This document shows positions 1 through 12,534 of a stretch of 37,230 nt of DNA, piece by piece; position 1 is the first letter of the stretch, and every line of letters begins with the position of its first letter. The stretch spans positions 72,513,384 to 72,550,613 of the forward strand of contig NC_068986.1 of assembly GCF_001194135.2 (NCBI RefSeq), written 5' to 3'. The stretch is from Octopus bimaculoides (taxonomy: Eukaryota). The translations under genes and the position numbers were made by a program. The notes under the pieces are model-generated. The model saw only the letters and a program-made list of their open reading frames with translations, made no database searches and had not been told where the DNA came from.

Positions 1-13
1 ATATGTGTATATT

Positions 14-206
14 ATCTTTTACTTGTTACAGTCATTGAACTGGGGGCATGCAGGGACACTGTCTTGAAGGGTTTAGTTGAATAAATTGATCCCAGTACAG
101 TATTTTTTAAAGCCTGGTACTTATCCAATCAGTCTCTTTTTACGAAACTGCTAAGTTATGGGGATGTAAACAAACCAACACCAGTTGTCAACCAGTCATA
201 AAGTAG

Positions 207-247
<41 letters not shown>

Positions 248-420
248 CACACACATATGTATATGTACTATGGGTTTCTTTCACTCTCCATCTACCAAAT
301 CAACTCACAAGGCTTTGGTTGGCCCAGGGCTATAGTAATAGACACTTGCCCAAGGTGTCACACAGTGGGACTGAGCCCAGTACCATGTGGCTGGGAAACA
401 AACTTCTCACCACACAGACA
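14..420 (-). mobile_element. tRNA-derived CORE-type SINE (octopus OR-like), near full length, diverged
   Basis: The minus strand reads a tRNA-like head, the CORE-like 'accttgggcaagtgtc', a central (TG)n tract and the '...aagtaaaaga' tail. The same architecture recurs at 4223, 9731 and 30761. Confidence 0.85.
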
Positions 421-996
421 TAGTTTTTTTCTGTCCCATTAAATGATCAATTTGTATTTATAGTTTACGTAATTTTTTATCCCATAGTTCAGTGGCAGAA
501 TTAATGAAGAGTGTCACATATTCAACTCCTTTCAAGAATGAAAATTTTCAAATGATTTCTTTTTGCAATGTCTTTCACATATGAACCAAAGTAACTAAAC
601 TGTATACAGTAAATTCAACAGACTTTTTTTTCACATTCCTGGGAATAAGTCACGAATATGTATTAATGTATGTGTGAATTTTTAATTCACATATTCAGCA
701 CAGGCTTGCCAGTGATTTAATGGCACAATAAAAGGAAAAAATGTTCAGCAATTATACATGGAAAGTTTTATTGTTTTAACCTCGATAAAATATCAGAATA
801 ATTTACATAAAACTTTCCTTCATATTTAATTCTCTTTGCATCCAATCCTTCAAAGTATTTTCAATAAAAATTAAACTATTCTTACTATTCATGACTCTCA
901 AATATATGGAATATATGTTTTGTCAATGTATGTATTAAATACCATTTTCAGTTTATTTCTAAAATGCCCTAATTCTTTATGCCGCAAGTATGGTAG

Positions 997-1027
<31 letters not shown>

Positions 1028-1037
1028 ATAAACCTAA

Positions 1038-1079
<42 letters not shown>

Positions 1080-2213
1080 ACACGCCCATGCACATCTATC
1101 TGTATGTCTGTCTGTATCTATAGAAATGTAGTTCAGCTAATTTGATGCACCAGAATGAGATAGCTGCTTGCAGGAAAATTTGGAAAATCCTAAATTTAAA
1201 TGAGATAGAATATAGAATACCAAACCCAACTTTGGGTATGGAAAAGGTCATCAATTGCAATGTATTTCACTATCTCCACCTCTCTCTCTTTCCTTCCCAT
1301 CTTTCTCTGTCTCTCCCTCCCACTCATTCTCTATCTCCGTCTCTGACTGCCTGTCTCTCTCTCTCACACCTTGTCTCTGTCTCTCACACCCTGTCTCTCC
1401 CTTTAGGTACACACACACACATACATAAATATATGTATGTATGTGTGTATGTATTTATGTGTCTGCCTATGTATCTATGCATCAGGTAATAATAATTCCT
1501 TATGTAAGTACAATGTAAAACAACTGTAGATGTAGACTCAAAATTAACTGACTTCAAACAGGTTTGATACATATATCTAGTTTTCTATTAATCTAGAGGA
1601 GACGAAACTATAATAGGATTTACACTTAATACATTTTACTGACGTAAGCATTTAGAATAGTACACCCCTGTCTGTGCCACAGCACTTCACCATATAGAAC
1701 TGATAATATCCTGGGCTCAATTCTTGCCATTATTCTGCAGAATATGATCTTGTGTCTGGTCAAAAGAAATCAATATTATATAACAGGAATGATGATTTCT
1801 ACACTTCATTATTAGTATGTGTGTGTATGTGTGTTGTTTATAATAAATAACTACATCTTTATTGAAAGGGTGTGAAAAATGAATGCTTATGAATGTGAGT
1901 CAGTGTGGTTTAGACAAGCATGCTTGTTTTGCCCTGTTAAATCTATGTAGTTATGCAGTAGTTGGTAAGAGAGGTGGGGGCAACACGTGTATGTGTATTG
2001 ATGACACCTTCTTCATAGCAAGAAGCAGGATGCTGGTTGACTCATAGATGCTGCCTGTTGCTGATGGTGATTCGATTTACTTTTTGTTATTGCTGTTGTT
2101 GTTGTTCCTGTTTTGTTTTTTGTTTTTTTTACTCCTCATAAGGCATGAGTCATTTGACATTACAGTGGAAGCTGGACATGCACACTCACATACATACAAT
2201 TTCACACATACAG

Positions 2214-2244
<31 letters not shown>

Positions 2245-2423
2245 TGTACATATGCAGACACACAAACCTACTCATAAACACACACACATACTCACATACA
2301 TACAAACACACAAACATGGACGCACATACATACTGATACAGATACACTCATACATACTGACACAAACACACACATACACATGTATAGATATACACATAAA
2401 ATCACACAAGCATATGTACTGAA

Positions 2424-2466
<43 letters not shown>

Positions 2467-2526
2467 CACATGCTAGTACACACATACATACACAGATACA
2501 TACATATATGCATGCATATATGGTGG

Positions 2527-2725
2527 GGGGGGGGCTGAAAAGTTCTTGGTTTTAAGGGCATTACAAAAGGCCCAAACTTCCGAGTTCTTTTACAGAGCTT
2601 AGAAAAACTGAAGGACCACTGTAATAAATGTGTGAATCTTAGAGGGGAATATATTGAATAAAATCATTATTAACTGATCCTCCAGTATTTTCTTTTACCC
2701 AAAGCCAGGAACTTTTCAGCACTCC
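2527..2725 (+). mobile_element. Mariner-derived MITE (~200 bp)
   Basis: Inverted ends 'gctgaaaagttcttggttt' (2534-2552) and 'aaagccaggaacttttcagc' (2701-2720). The interior encodes a mariner-like C-terminus, LEKLKDHCNKCVNLRGEYIE*. Confidence 0.75.
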
Positions 2726-3162
2726 TACAAACACATAAACATGCACACACACACACACATTCTGATACAGACACACATACACATGCAAACTTATTCAGAC
2801 AAGCACATACATACTGATACAGCCACACTTATACATATGGACACGAACACATACACATCCATACACACACATGGACTCATACACACGCGCACGCACACAC
2901 ACACACACACACAAACACCCTCTGTGAGCAATGTTGCCACAGGAACTCATAATGACTCACTAACAACTTTTAAACCAAAGAAGAAGGTTATTGATTTTAT
3001 TGGCCAACTGATCAACAGTTTTAGACTCCCTAACTGTCTATAGATTGGTTTTCTTTTGCAGGCTGGCTTTTCCTATGAGCTTTCATGTTTCTGTTATGCT
3101 TTACTCATTTTATGTGCATGTATGCACATATGTATCTTCTTTTCTATTCCGTTGTCTTCGTT

Positions 3163-3324
3163 TATTCTCTTTTATTTGTTTGAGTCATTAGACTGTGACT
3201 ATGCTAGGATGCAGCCTTAAAGGGGCTTCAGTCAAATAAATCGATCCCAGGACTTAAGTTTGGTATTTAATCTATCGTTTTTTTTGTTTTTTTTGCTGAA
3301 CCAAAAAGTTACAAGGACATAAAT
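3163..3324 (-). mobile_element. 3' half of CORE-type SINE, diverged
   Basis: Aligns by eye to the tail portion of the 4223-4628 copy. Confidence 0.7.
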
Positions 3325-3361
3325 ATACACGTGTGCCCATGCACTCACACACACACACACA

Positions 3362-3401
<40 letters not shown>

Positions 3402-3589
3402 GATACACACAGATACACACACACACATGCACACGTATATATATATACACATATATACACAGACATACGTACATACATATACATACATACATACACATAC
3501 ATACATATACTTATATACATGCATACATGAACACACACATATGCACATACACATATGCATATATACATACACATTTACACACATACACA

Positions 3590-3636
3590 CCCATGCCAGC
3601 ATGGAAGGCGGACATTAAATGATGATGATGATGATG
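3590..3636 (+). mobile_element. RTE-type 3' terminal tail fragment
   Basis: 'ccatgccagcatggaaggcggacattaaat(gat)n' matches the terminus of the RTE 3' UTR at 32198. Confidence 0.7.
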
Positions 3637-3883
3637 CACAGATGCACATATACATACATACATACATACATAAACACATACATACACACACACATAACAC
3701 CAAATACTGCATACACTCACATATACACAAATACCTAGATGATGTTGATAAAAGTTCCAATGAAGGAGCCTTGAATCTAGGTTAGAGTCCGGCTCTTCCT
3801 CTATGGACAAGAAATAAAGAAATGAAACTGATTGATAGCATACATACATACATATATACATACATACATACATACATACATAC

Positions 3884-4138
3884 TTATCATTATTGGAGCA
3901 ACAGAACCCAGACCAACCTGTCTGGAACAAAATATGGATAAAGTCGGGTTCTTGGGGAGAGAATGCAAATCCTTGATGTATACACTACAAATGATAACAA
4001 TATCTGGGACTATAAATATCTGCAAGACCTACTTAGGATGTAAAGGATGATGAACAAAACAAGGTGCTTTCCTTCACAATCTTGCCATCAAGTGGGTAGC
4101 TGGTGAAAATTTACTCTAAATTAAAAAGAGAAAGGGAA
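3884..4138 (+). mobile_element. Putative 3' end of an R4/Dong-like (RLE) non-LTR retrotransposon
   Basis: Peptide IIGATEPRPTCLEQNMDKVGF...LQMITISGTINICKTYLG* resembles the RLE C-terminal pattern IvGAlG..p..l...l..lG....lQ..ai.GT..I. It is flanked by (CATA)n on both sides. Confidence 0.5.
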
Positions 4139-4222
4139 CATACATACATGCAGATACTTACATACATGCATACGTGCACACATACATACACACATATACA
4201 TATACATACACACATATACATA

Positions 4223-4628
4223 TACTCTTTTACTCTTTTACTTGTTTCAGTCATTTGACTGCGGCCATGCTGGAGCACCGCCTTTAGTCGAGCAAATCGA
4301 CCCCAGGAGTTATTCTTTGGAAGCCTAGTATTTATTCTATCGGTCTCCTTTGCCGAACCGCCAAGTTACGGGGACGTAAACAAACCAGCATCAGTTGTCA
4401 AGTGATGGTGGGGGGACAAACACAAACACACAAACATACACACACACACGCACACACACACACATATATATATATACATATATACAACGTCTACCAAAGT
4501 TTCCGTCTACCAAATCCACTCACAAGGCTTTAGTAGAAGACACTTGCCCAAGGTGCCATGCAGTGGGACTGAATCCGGAACCATGTGGCTGGTAAGCAAA
4601 CTACTTACTACACAGCCACTCCTACGCC
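4223..4628 (-). mobile_element. tRNA-derived CORE-type SINE, full length, young
   Basis: Head, CORE, central microsatellite and (tactcttt)n tail are present and CpGs are largely kept. It has a small internal deletion and a duplicated 'cgtctaccaaa'. Confidence 0.9.
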
Positions 4629-5099
4629 TATATACATATGTACATACTTACATATGTTCATATGTACATACATATATACATACATACATATGTACATATT
4701 TACATATATTATGTACATATGTATATACTTACATACATACATACATGTATATATGTATGTATGTATGTATACACCTGTCTATGTACATATGTACATACAC
4801 ATGTACACACATACATAGTAAGTACTACATCTTCATAGACGACTGCTATTTTTTTGTGCTTCCTCATTGTCACATGGCATTTCTGACTTTCCTTTCCTGA
4901 CCTTTCGGTTGACTGTTCAATCCCATCACTTTGTAACTGTGTGCTTCCAACTGGTTAGGTTTGCATGTATTACCATTCTTCCATCACCATAGGAATTTCA
5001 GTCGGTGGAATGACAAATGATAAAATGATGTCACCATAAAGTGACATCTGTACATCATTAGATTATATTGATGAATATTTGTAAAAAAACAAATACCAC

Positions 5100-5467
5100 A
5101 CTCTGGGTGTTTGTGATAAACTGATCTCAAAACTCTAAACCTTACAAAGGAGGTGACAGAGGACCGAGATACGTGGTGCATTGCTGTACTCGAGAAGACA
5201 TACCCACCACAATGAACCTAAGATCCTAAAACCAATGTGTCTCATGAAAAGAATTAGTGTGGGTGCTAGTACCATGTAAAAAGTACTAGTGATGGTGTCA
5301 CATAAAAAGCTCCTGGTATATGTTGTGGAGTGGTTGACATTAGGAAGGGCATCCAGCCATAGAAACTATGCCAAAACAAACTAAGGAACCTCGTGCAGCC
5401 CCTGGCCTTGCCAGTTCCTGTCAAACCATCTATCCCATGCTAGCATGGATGATGATGATGATGATGA
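5100..5467 (+). mobile_element. 5'-truncated RTE LINE 3' end
   Basis: Encodes TDLKTLNLTKEVTEDRDTWCIAVLEKT (RTE ORF C-terminus), followed by 'taggaagggcatccag...cccatgctagcatgg(atg)n'. Confidence 0.7.
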
Positions 5468-5899
5468 CAGGCTAATGCTAGATGACCACTAATAATATGA
5501 AACCACAAGTTTTGCATCAAAGTGTCCTGCTCCTAGAAGTATGCTGTGACAGCTGCTAGGGGTCTTTCACTGCTAGGGGTCTCTCACTGCTGGTGGTTTT
5601 TATTTATATGCTAATTAACCTATAGCTAGGGCCGTGCCAGTTGCAACTACTCCTGGTCAAGGTAGACCTAGGTACAATATTTCGTGTCATTTGCTGTTGA
5701 TTATTTAAATACATATAGATATATATAGGTGCATGTATGCGTGTGTGAAGGTAGCTGACTGTGTGAAAGAATAAGCACATATATTTGTGTGTGTGAATGG
5801 ATTTAGAAATCTCTTGAGAGAGAGAATGAAAAGGAAAACACATAACTGCTGAACTGCGATGTACCTAGATATCAAGGATGCTGAGACACAGGAATAAGT

Positions 5900-6525
5900 T
5901 GCATGCAGACTCACACATTCACACACACACTCAAAAACAGACATGTGCAAACATGCACATGTGCATGCACACACACATACACACACACACACATACAACA
6001 CACACACATACACACACAGACAACATATGCACACACATACCACATACACACATCACACACCACACAACACGCACTACATGCATACACATACACAACACAC
6101 ACACCACACAACACACCACATGCACACACATACTACACACACACACACACCACACACACACCACACACACACATACACACACATACACACATGCACATAT
6201 ACACACACACAACACATACACCACAAAAACACATGCGTTCACGCACACACACAAACACACAGACATACAACACACACACATACACACACAGACAACACAT
6301 GCACACACATACCACATACACACATCACACACCACACAACACACACTACATGCATACACATACACAACACACACCACACACACACACATACTTCACACAC
6401 ACATACCACACACACCACACACATGCCACATACACTACAAACACACATGCACACATACACACACACAACACATACATCACAAACACACATGCACACACGC
6501 ACACACACACACAAACACACACACG
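5900..6525. repeat. Complex CA-rich cryptic microsatellite with internal ~118-bp duplication
   Basis: The plus strand is almost G-free. 5991-6110 recurs near-identically at 6263-6380. Confidence 0.9.
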
Positions 6526-7002
6526 TTGGCTCTGACCAATCAGTTTACAAAAAACCTCAAACACAGATAAAATGCTCGCTAGCATGGAAAGCGGACGTTA
6601 AACGATAAACGAAACCCACAAACATTGTCACTCATTCCAAAAACTTTATGGATACATTCTGACGAACCTAGAGTAGATGAGAGTTTGTCATTGATGGGAC
6701 TGCAAATAGCAACAAAAGGATTCTGACAAACCAAATGATTGATCGATTAATCAAATAATTATTCAAACAATGGAATAGTTAATTAGTTAATTAGCAAACT
6801 AGTTGAATGAAAATCATTTTAGTTATTTGTGTAATTGTTCAGAACTTTGAGGAAAGAAAATTGAAAAAAAAGAAAAAAAAAGATTCAGATTAAAAAAGAA
6901 AAGGAGCAGAAAAATCTGAAGGTTTTCTATTCTGCTAAGTCAAAGAATGATAGAATGATGGAACAATTTCATTGAAAAGGTTAATTGGGAAATATGTTGA
7001 GT

Positions 7003-7150
7003 TACAAGCATGGCTTTGCAGTTAGAAACTTACTTCCCAGCCATACAGTTCCAGATTCAATCCCACTACATGGTACATTGGGCAAGTATCTTCTGCTATA
7101 ACCCCAGGCTAACCAAAGCCTTATGAGTGGATTTGGTAGACAGAAACTGA
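7003..7150 (+). mobile_element. 5' half of CORE-type SINE
   Basis: Degenerate A/B boxes, 'ttgggcaagtatcttct' and 'gccttatgagtggatttggtagacagaaactga'. Confidence 0.8.
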
Positions 7151-8281
7151 TAACACTTCATTGTATGGTGGTGGCATCAGCAGTGGCAGTGGCAGTTGCC
7201 TTTGTTGAAGAAATAGAATCAGCGCATATGGTTTTATTGGCAAAATAACCTCCCCCACCAACACAACAACATCGGTTTCAATGCAAGATTTCACATTAAG
7301 AATCTTGCAAAGCAAATTCAAATATGAAATATCCTATTATTATTGTTTTCCTCCCCTGCTATCAGATTTATACAGTCCCTTCCTCATACTTTGTATTCAT
7401 GTATTTCAACCAAGGTCTAACATAAAAAATTCTTCAAATTGAACATCAATAATTGTTTAATCTTTGTCAATTTTTTCCACATGCTTTCACTCTGTGAAAT
7501 TGGCAGCTGGCTATGGAGCACAACACATCTGTGTAACAGTGGTGTCTGAACACACATACAAACATGAGAAACTTGGAGTAGTAAAAGAGTGAATTATCTA
7601 CTTCAAATGAATGAATAAAATCTACTACATGCATTGAGATTTTTTTCTCTCTTCTCTGCACTGTCTGGTATATTATAATATAAGAGTAAAAAAGAAATGA
7701 AAAGAAAAATACATGACCAATAAATTGATTTGTTCTCAGCCATGACAAATAAAAAATTATTTTATTTTTAGCACATCAGATCTGAATTATCTTTGATTTG
7801 ATGTCTATGAGCCTTCATTTAGTTCTGAGATGGATTTTATTCAATCAGCATTCAACTCAGGAGTTATCATGTCAATGTCACATAACTTCATTGATCTGAC
7901 AGAGATCAGTGTATTAAGTATTTGTGTCTGTTTTTCTAATGATTTTTGTTTTTCATGTTAGTACACACTGGATGGTTCTGAAGATTTTTGCATCAGATAT
8001 TTGTAACCAGGTTCCCTAAATAATGTCATTTACTCAACCATGAAACAAATGTAATTGGTATTTAATTTTAGCTAGGTTCACTCAGCAGATTACATTTGTT
8101 ACTATTATGTCCACAAAGCTGCTTGTCTAAAATATACATTGTTTTCTGAACTGTTCTGATCATGTAATATTGGTTGTTCTGAATGATAATGTGTTCACAT
8201 TCATCAGTGAATAATTAATTAGATTCTGTTTTTCTGCATCGCAGATTTAAATTCTGTTTCAAAACATTTGCATGGTTTCAA

Positions 8282-8452
8282 CATAATAATTTTCATGCAC
8301 TGCAGTTTATTTATATTTTGATCAATCCATTTTTATCCATAACAATTTTCATGTACTGCTTTTTTATTTATACTTTGATAAATTCCATTTCTATCCATAG
8401 TAATTCTCGTGTACTGCAGTTCATTTATACTATGATAAATTCCATTTTTATC
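8282..8452. repeat. Minisatellite, 3 diverged copies of ~57 bp
   Basis: Units of 'cataa(t/c)aattttcatg(c/t)actgc...ccattt(t/c)tatc' start at 8282, 8338 and 8396. Confidence 0.8.
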
Positions 8453-8571
8453 TTTCTAAATTAAGTCAAAGAGACCTTATTTTAGCTTTGTTATTAGCAT
8501 TTGTTTGATGATATTAGAATAGAATTGTTATTAACATTTTATGTCTGGTATAAAACTGATCATATAAAAAA

Positions 8572-8574
<3 letters not shown>

Positions 8575-8663
<89 letters not shown>
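8575..8663. repeat. (TG)n microsatellite
   Basis: Pure dinucleotide run. Similar tracts lie at 208-254, 1038-1078, 12218-12370, 20950-20993 and 32130-32190. Confidence 0.98.
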
Positions 8664-8664
<1 letters not shown>

Positions 8665-8759
8665 ATGTGTGTGTATTTAGATTTATTAAGATTAATGACC
8701 ATTTTTGGGGGTGGGGAAGCTTGTATTTATCAGAAATACAGCAGAAGTGTCTCCTCAGC

Positions 8760-9065
8760 AGAAGTGTTAAATCTGCATCCCCTGGTGGAGAGGACTGGCC
8801 TGCAAGAATCCTGTGCTGGTGTCACACAAAAAGCACTCATGCCAGTGCCATGTACAAAGCACTCATGCTGGTGCCATGTAAAAGTGCTCATGCTGGTGGC
8901 ACATTAAAAGCACCCAGTACACAGTGTAAAGTGGTTGGAGTTAGGAAGGGCATCCAGCAATAGAAACCAAGTCAAATCAGACTAGAACCTGATGCAGCTT
9001 CCAAGCTTGCCAGTTCTGGTCAAACCATCCGACTTATGTCAGCATGAAAAATAAATGTTAAAGGA
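8760..9065 (+). mobile_element. RTE-tail-bearing repeat fragment (SINE or LINE 3' UTR)
   Basis: Three ~26-bp 'aaagcactcatgc(c/t)(a/g)gtg' units, then 'ttaggaagggcatccag...aaaccatcc...cagcatgaaaa'. Confidence 0.7.
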
Positions 9066-9730
9066 GGAGGAGGGGGGGAGGGGAGGAGGGGGAGGAGGAG
9101 GAGGAGGAGGAGGAGGATCTTGTTATAAATATAGTCAGAGAAGAATGTGCCAAGTATGATTATATTAGTTGAGGAACTTCTACAAATGTTTACATTATTT
9201 TAATGACTTTGTCAGAGGAGGAAGGGCAAACACTCAAGACCTTTTCAGCATCTCTGAGATTGGTGGGAACAAGTTATCTTCAGATTAGAGTTCTGGTTCA
9301 AATAAGAACTAGAATAGTACCTTCAATAAGTCACTACACAGTTGCAATCTGACAAATTTCCTTCATTATCCAATGGGACTGAACCTGAAACCACATAGTT
9401 GTGAAGCAAACTTCTAGATCAAGATGCCATTCCTGCACCCATAATAATGGAGAGAGTTGATTGGAGGAGAAAAGTAAAAAGAAAGGATTGACTTATTGAG
9501 AGGAAAACTTGAGAGGTTATGTTTCATGCATTTGATGTCTTTAAATAATTCAAAATACAGTTTTTATAAAACCCATCAATTTTGTGACATCAAAAGGAAC
9601 AGAATGATGATAATACAGAAGAATAGGTTAAAAAACTGGTGGTGAAAGCAGAAAAAGAAAAAGAAGGCAAAAAGCACAGAAAAGAAGATATAAATCAACA
9701 AAAACATGACAAAGAATTATTTCTTCCAAA

Positions 9731-10027
9731 TACTCTTACTCTTTTACTCTTTTACTTGTTTCAGTCATTTGACTGCGGCCATGCTGGAGCACCGCCTTTA
9801 GCTGAGAAAATCGACCACATGACTTATTCTTTGTAAGCCTAGTACTTATTCTATCGGTCTCTTTTTGCCGAACCGTTAAGTTACAGGGACGTAAACACAC
9901 CAGCATTGGCTGTCAAGTGATGGTGGGGGGACAAACACAGACACAAGCACACATACATATATATANNNNNNNNNNNNNNNNNNNNTATATATAAAGCGGA
10001 CGTTAAACGATGATGATGATGATGATG

Positions 10028-10060
<33 letters not shown>

Positions 10061-10225
10061 TACGACGGGCTTCTTTCAGTCTCCGTCTACCAAATCCACT
10101 CACAAGGCTTTGGTCGGCCCGAGGCTATAGTAGAAGACACTGGCCCAAGGTGCCACGCAGTGAGACTGAACCCGGAACCATGTGGTTGGTAAGCAAGCTA
10201 CTTACCACACAGCCACTCCTGTGCC
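9731..10225 (-). mobile_element. tRNA-derived CORE-type SINE, full length, young, spanning a 20-N gap
   Basis: Near-identical to 4223-4628. N gap at 9966-9985. Confidence 0.9.
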
Positions 10226-10244
10226 TATAATCATCATTATCATC

Positions 10245-10390
10245 ATTTAACATCCATTTTTTCATGCTGACATGAGTTAGACAGTTTGATAAGAGGTAAC
10301 AAATCAGAAGCCTGCACCAAGCTTTATGGTCTGCTTTGGCATGGTTTTACAATTGAATGCCCTTTCTAGTGCCAACCACTTTACAGTGTG
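10245..10390 (-). mobile_element. RTE-type 3' tail fragment
   Basis: Reverse complement of the 'tggttggcactagaaagggcattca...tcatgtcagcatg...tgatga' tail. Confidence 0.65.
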
Positions 10391-10934
10391 GACTAGTGAT
10401 AATGAAAATACTTACCCAAGAAAATGACAACAAAAAAGGAAGAGGACAAAGATGAACTAAGGTTACTCACTATTCTTTGAAAATCAAACAAATAGTTGAT
10501 AGACAAAATCACACATCTCTGGTGCCACAAACTTTCCAAACAAGTTATAATGACACAAACACAATTATGTTCAAAATATAAACAACATGCAAAATACATA
10601 TTATAAATACCATTAAAACTAAGACATTATACTAAACCTAAGAAAGAATACCTTCAAGATGTTAGTGTTTTCAATGCCATGTGTCTCAAAAAATGTTAAT
10701 TGGTGTATTTGGCTGCACTCAAACACAACTTGAGAGATGTCTAAGAGAACAGGGTTGTAGAGTACTCTAACTCAACCCTTTCATGCTTTATTTCATTTAA
10801 TTATATTTTGTTTTAATTATTGATATATTGTACTTTTAAATTATTTTATAGAAGTAAATGTGAGTGTATGTGTACACATGTATGTGCGCATGTGTATATG
10901 CACATATATGACTAAATGAATGTATATATGTGTG

Positions 10935-11094
10935 TACGAAGTTCTTCCCCACCCAGCTTATTCCCCAAAACTTTCTCCTACCAGCTACCACTTTTTCAAG
11001 CACCTTGATCGTTTCCTGCAAGAGAACAAGTTCAAGAATTAAGCTGGTGCTGAATGTGCATTCAAAGAGTTCATCAGCTCCAGAATTCCAGATT
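10935..11094 (+). mobile_element. 160-bp mariner transposase fragment, exact copy of 14656-14815
   Basis: Identical base by base by eye, including the inactivating TAA. Encodes YEVLPHPAYSPKLSPTSYHFFKHLDRFLQENKFKN*. Confidence 0.95.
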
Positions 11095-11277
11095 CCCAAC
11101 CATCATCTATGTGAGTGCATGTACCTTTAAAATTCTAAGTGCATCCTTCCATATATTGTATAATGTCTTTCTTCTTCCTTCATATTTGTAAGTGTTTTTT
11201 TTTCCATCCTCCATGTTATTTTTTTCTTTCTTGCAACCATTGCACATAGTAAAGGTTATTGTTATTGTGATTATTAT

Positions 11278-11495
11278 TAAGTGGCAAACTGGCAGAATCA
11301 TTAGCATGATGGATAAAATGTTTAGCTGTATTTTGTCCATCTTTATGTTCTGAGTCCAAACTTCCACAAAATTCAATTTCGCCTTTCATTCTTTCAGGCT
11401 GGATAAAATAAGTACCAGTTTGGGCATTTGGGGTCTAAGTAATTGACTAGACCCCTACCAAAAAATTTCAGGCTTATGCCTATTGTAGAAAGGAT
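11278..11495 (+). mobile_element. tRNA-derived SINE with Meta-type central domain (octopus OK-like)
   Basis: tRNA-like head 'tggcagaatcattagca...ttctgagtccaaac', then 'gcctttcattctttcaggctggataaaataagtaccag', which resembles the MetaSINE core as recalled. Confidence 0.6.
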
Positions 11496-12213
11496 CATCA
11501 TTATCATCATCATCATTGTCATCATCATCATCAAAAAGAGCAGAAAAATATTCTTGCCTAACGAAATATCTTTAACCATGGAAAATCCATTTCATATTTT
11601 AAGAGTAATGTTACTGGAGATAAAATTATTTTGATTTTCATTCTAAGACATTGAAGTTCAACTAACAAGATAAACCAGTGAGTACAGTTGAAGTGAAATA
11701 CAGTTTTGTTACAAGCTAGTTTTTACTGTAATAACATTCTGCTTGCTACATCAAGTGCTTAGTAAAATTGAACATGTAGCATTGGAGAAATAGCAATCAT
11801 TAAAATGTTTTATTTTTTTAAGAATTTTTCTAATATATGAAGGCAAGTAAATTTTTTACTGCTATTGAAACTTAATTAAGAAGTTCAGATCTAATGCTAT
11901 TTTAGAAATTGTTTCTTTGTAGTAGGATTCCCCCAGCATCAACAGCAGTAATATTGTCATCATCGTTGTCATCATTGTCATTCTCAACACCATGTAATGT
12001 CCACTTTTCTCTGCTTGCATAGATTTGATAGAATTTATTGAGGTAGATTTTTGATGGTTGAATGCCCTTCCTGTTGCTAACACTTGTGTGATTTCAAGTA
12101 ATATAATATTTCCCCATAACCAGACATGTCTTGGAAGATTGGAAACAAAGGACACCACTTGCATGTCAGTAACACTCACTCACAGCTATCATGTGATATC
12201 AAGGCAATGAGAC

Positions 12214-12291
<78 letters not shown>

Positions 12292-12371
12292 ACACATACA
12301 CACACACATGTACACATATACATACATATATACGTATATACATACATGTGTGTGTGTACATATACATATAC

Positions 12372-12534
12372 ACAACAGGTTTATTTCAGTTTCCATCTTC
12401 CAAATCCACTCACAAGATTTTTGTCAACCTAGGACTGTAGCAGAAGACACTTGCCCAAAGTGCCATGCAGTGGGACCAAACTAGAAATCATGTGGTTGAG
12501 AAGCAAGTTTCTTACCATACAGCCATACCTGCAC
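12372..12534 (-). mobile_element. 5' half of CORE-type SINE
   Basis: 'caaatccactcacaag...agaagacacttgcccaa...gtgggacc...cttaccatacagcca'. Confidence 0.8.

Noticed and set aside
185-6608. Long His/Thr-, Cys/Val- and Tyr/Ile-rich ORFs (up to 230 aa) here and throughout
   Set aside because: They are translations of (CA)n, (TG)n and (TA)n microsatellites and are open in several frames on both strands.
8170-8210. Hammerhead ribozyme core (CTGATGA on the minus strand with a small hairpin)
   Set aside because: The required GAAA after stem II is missing. The same applies at 24921.
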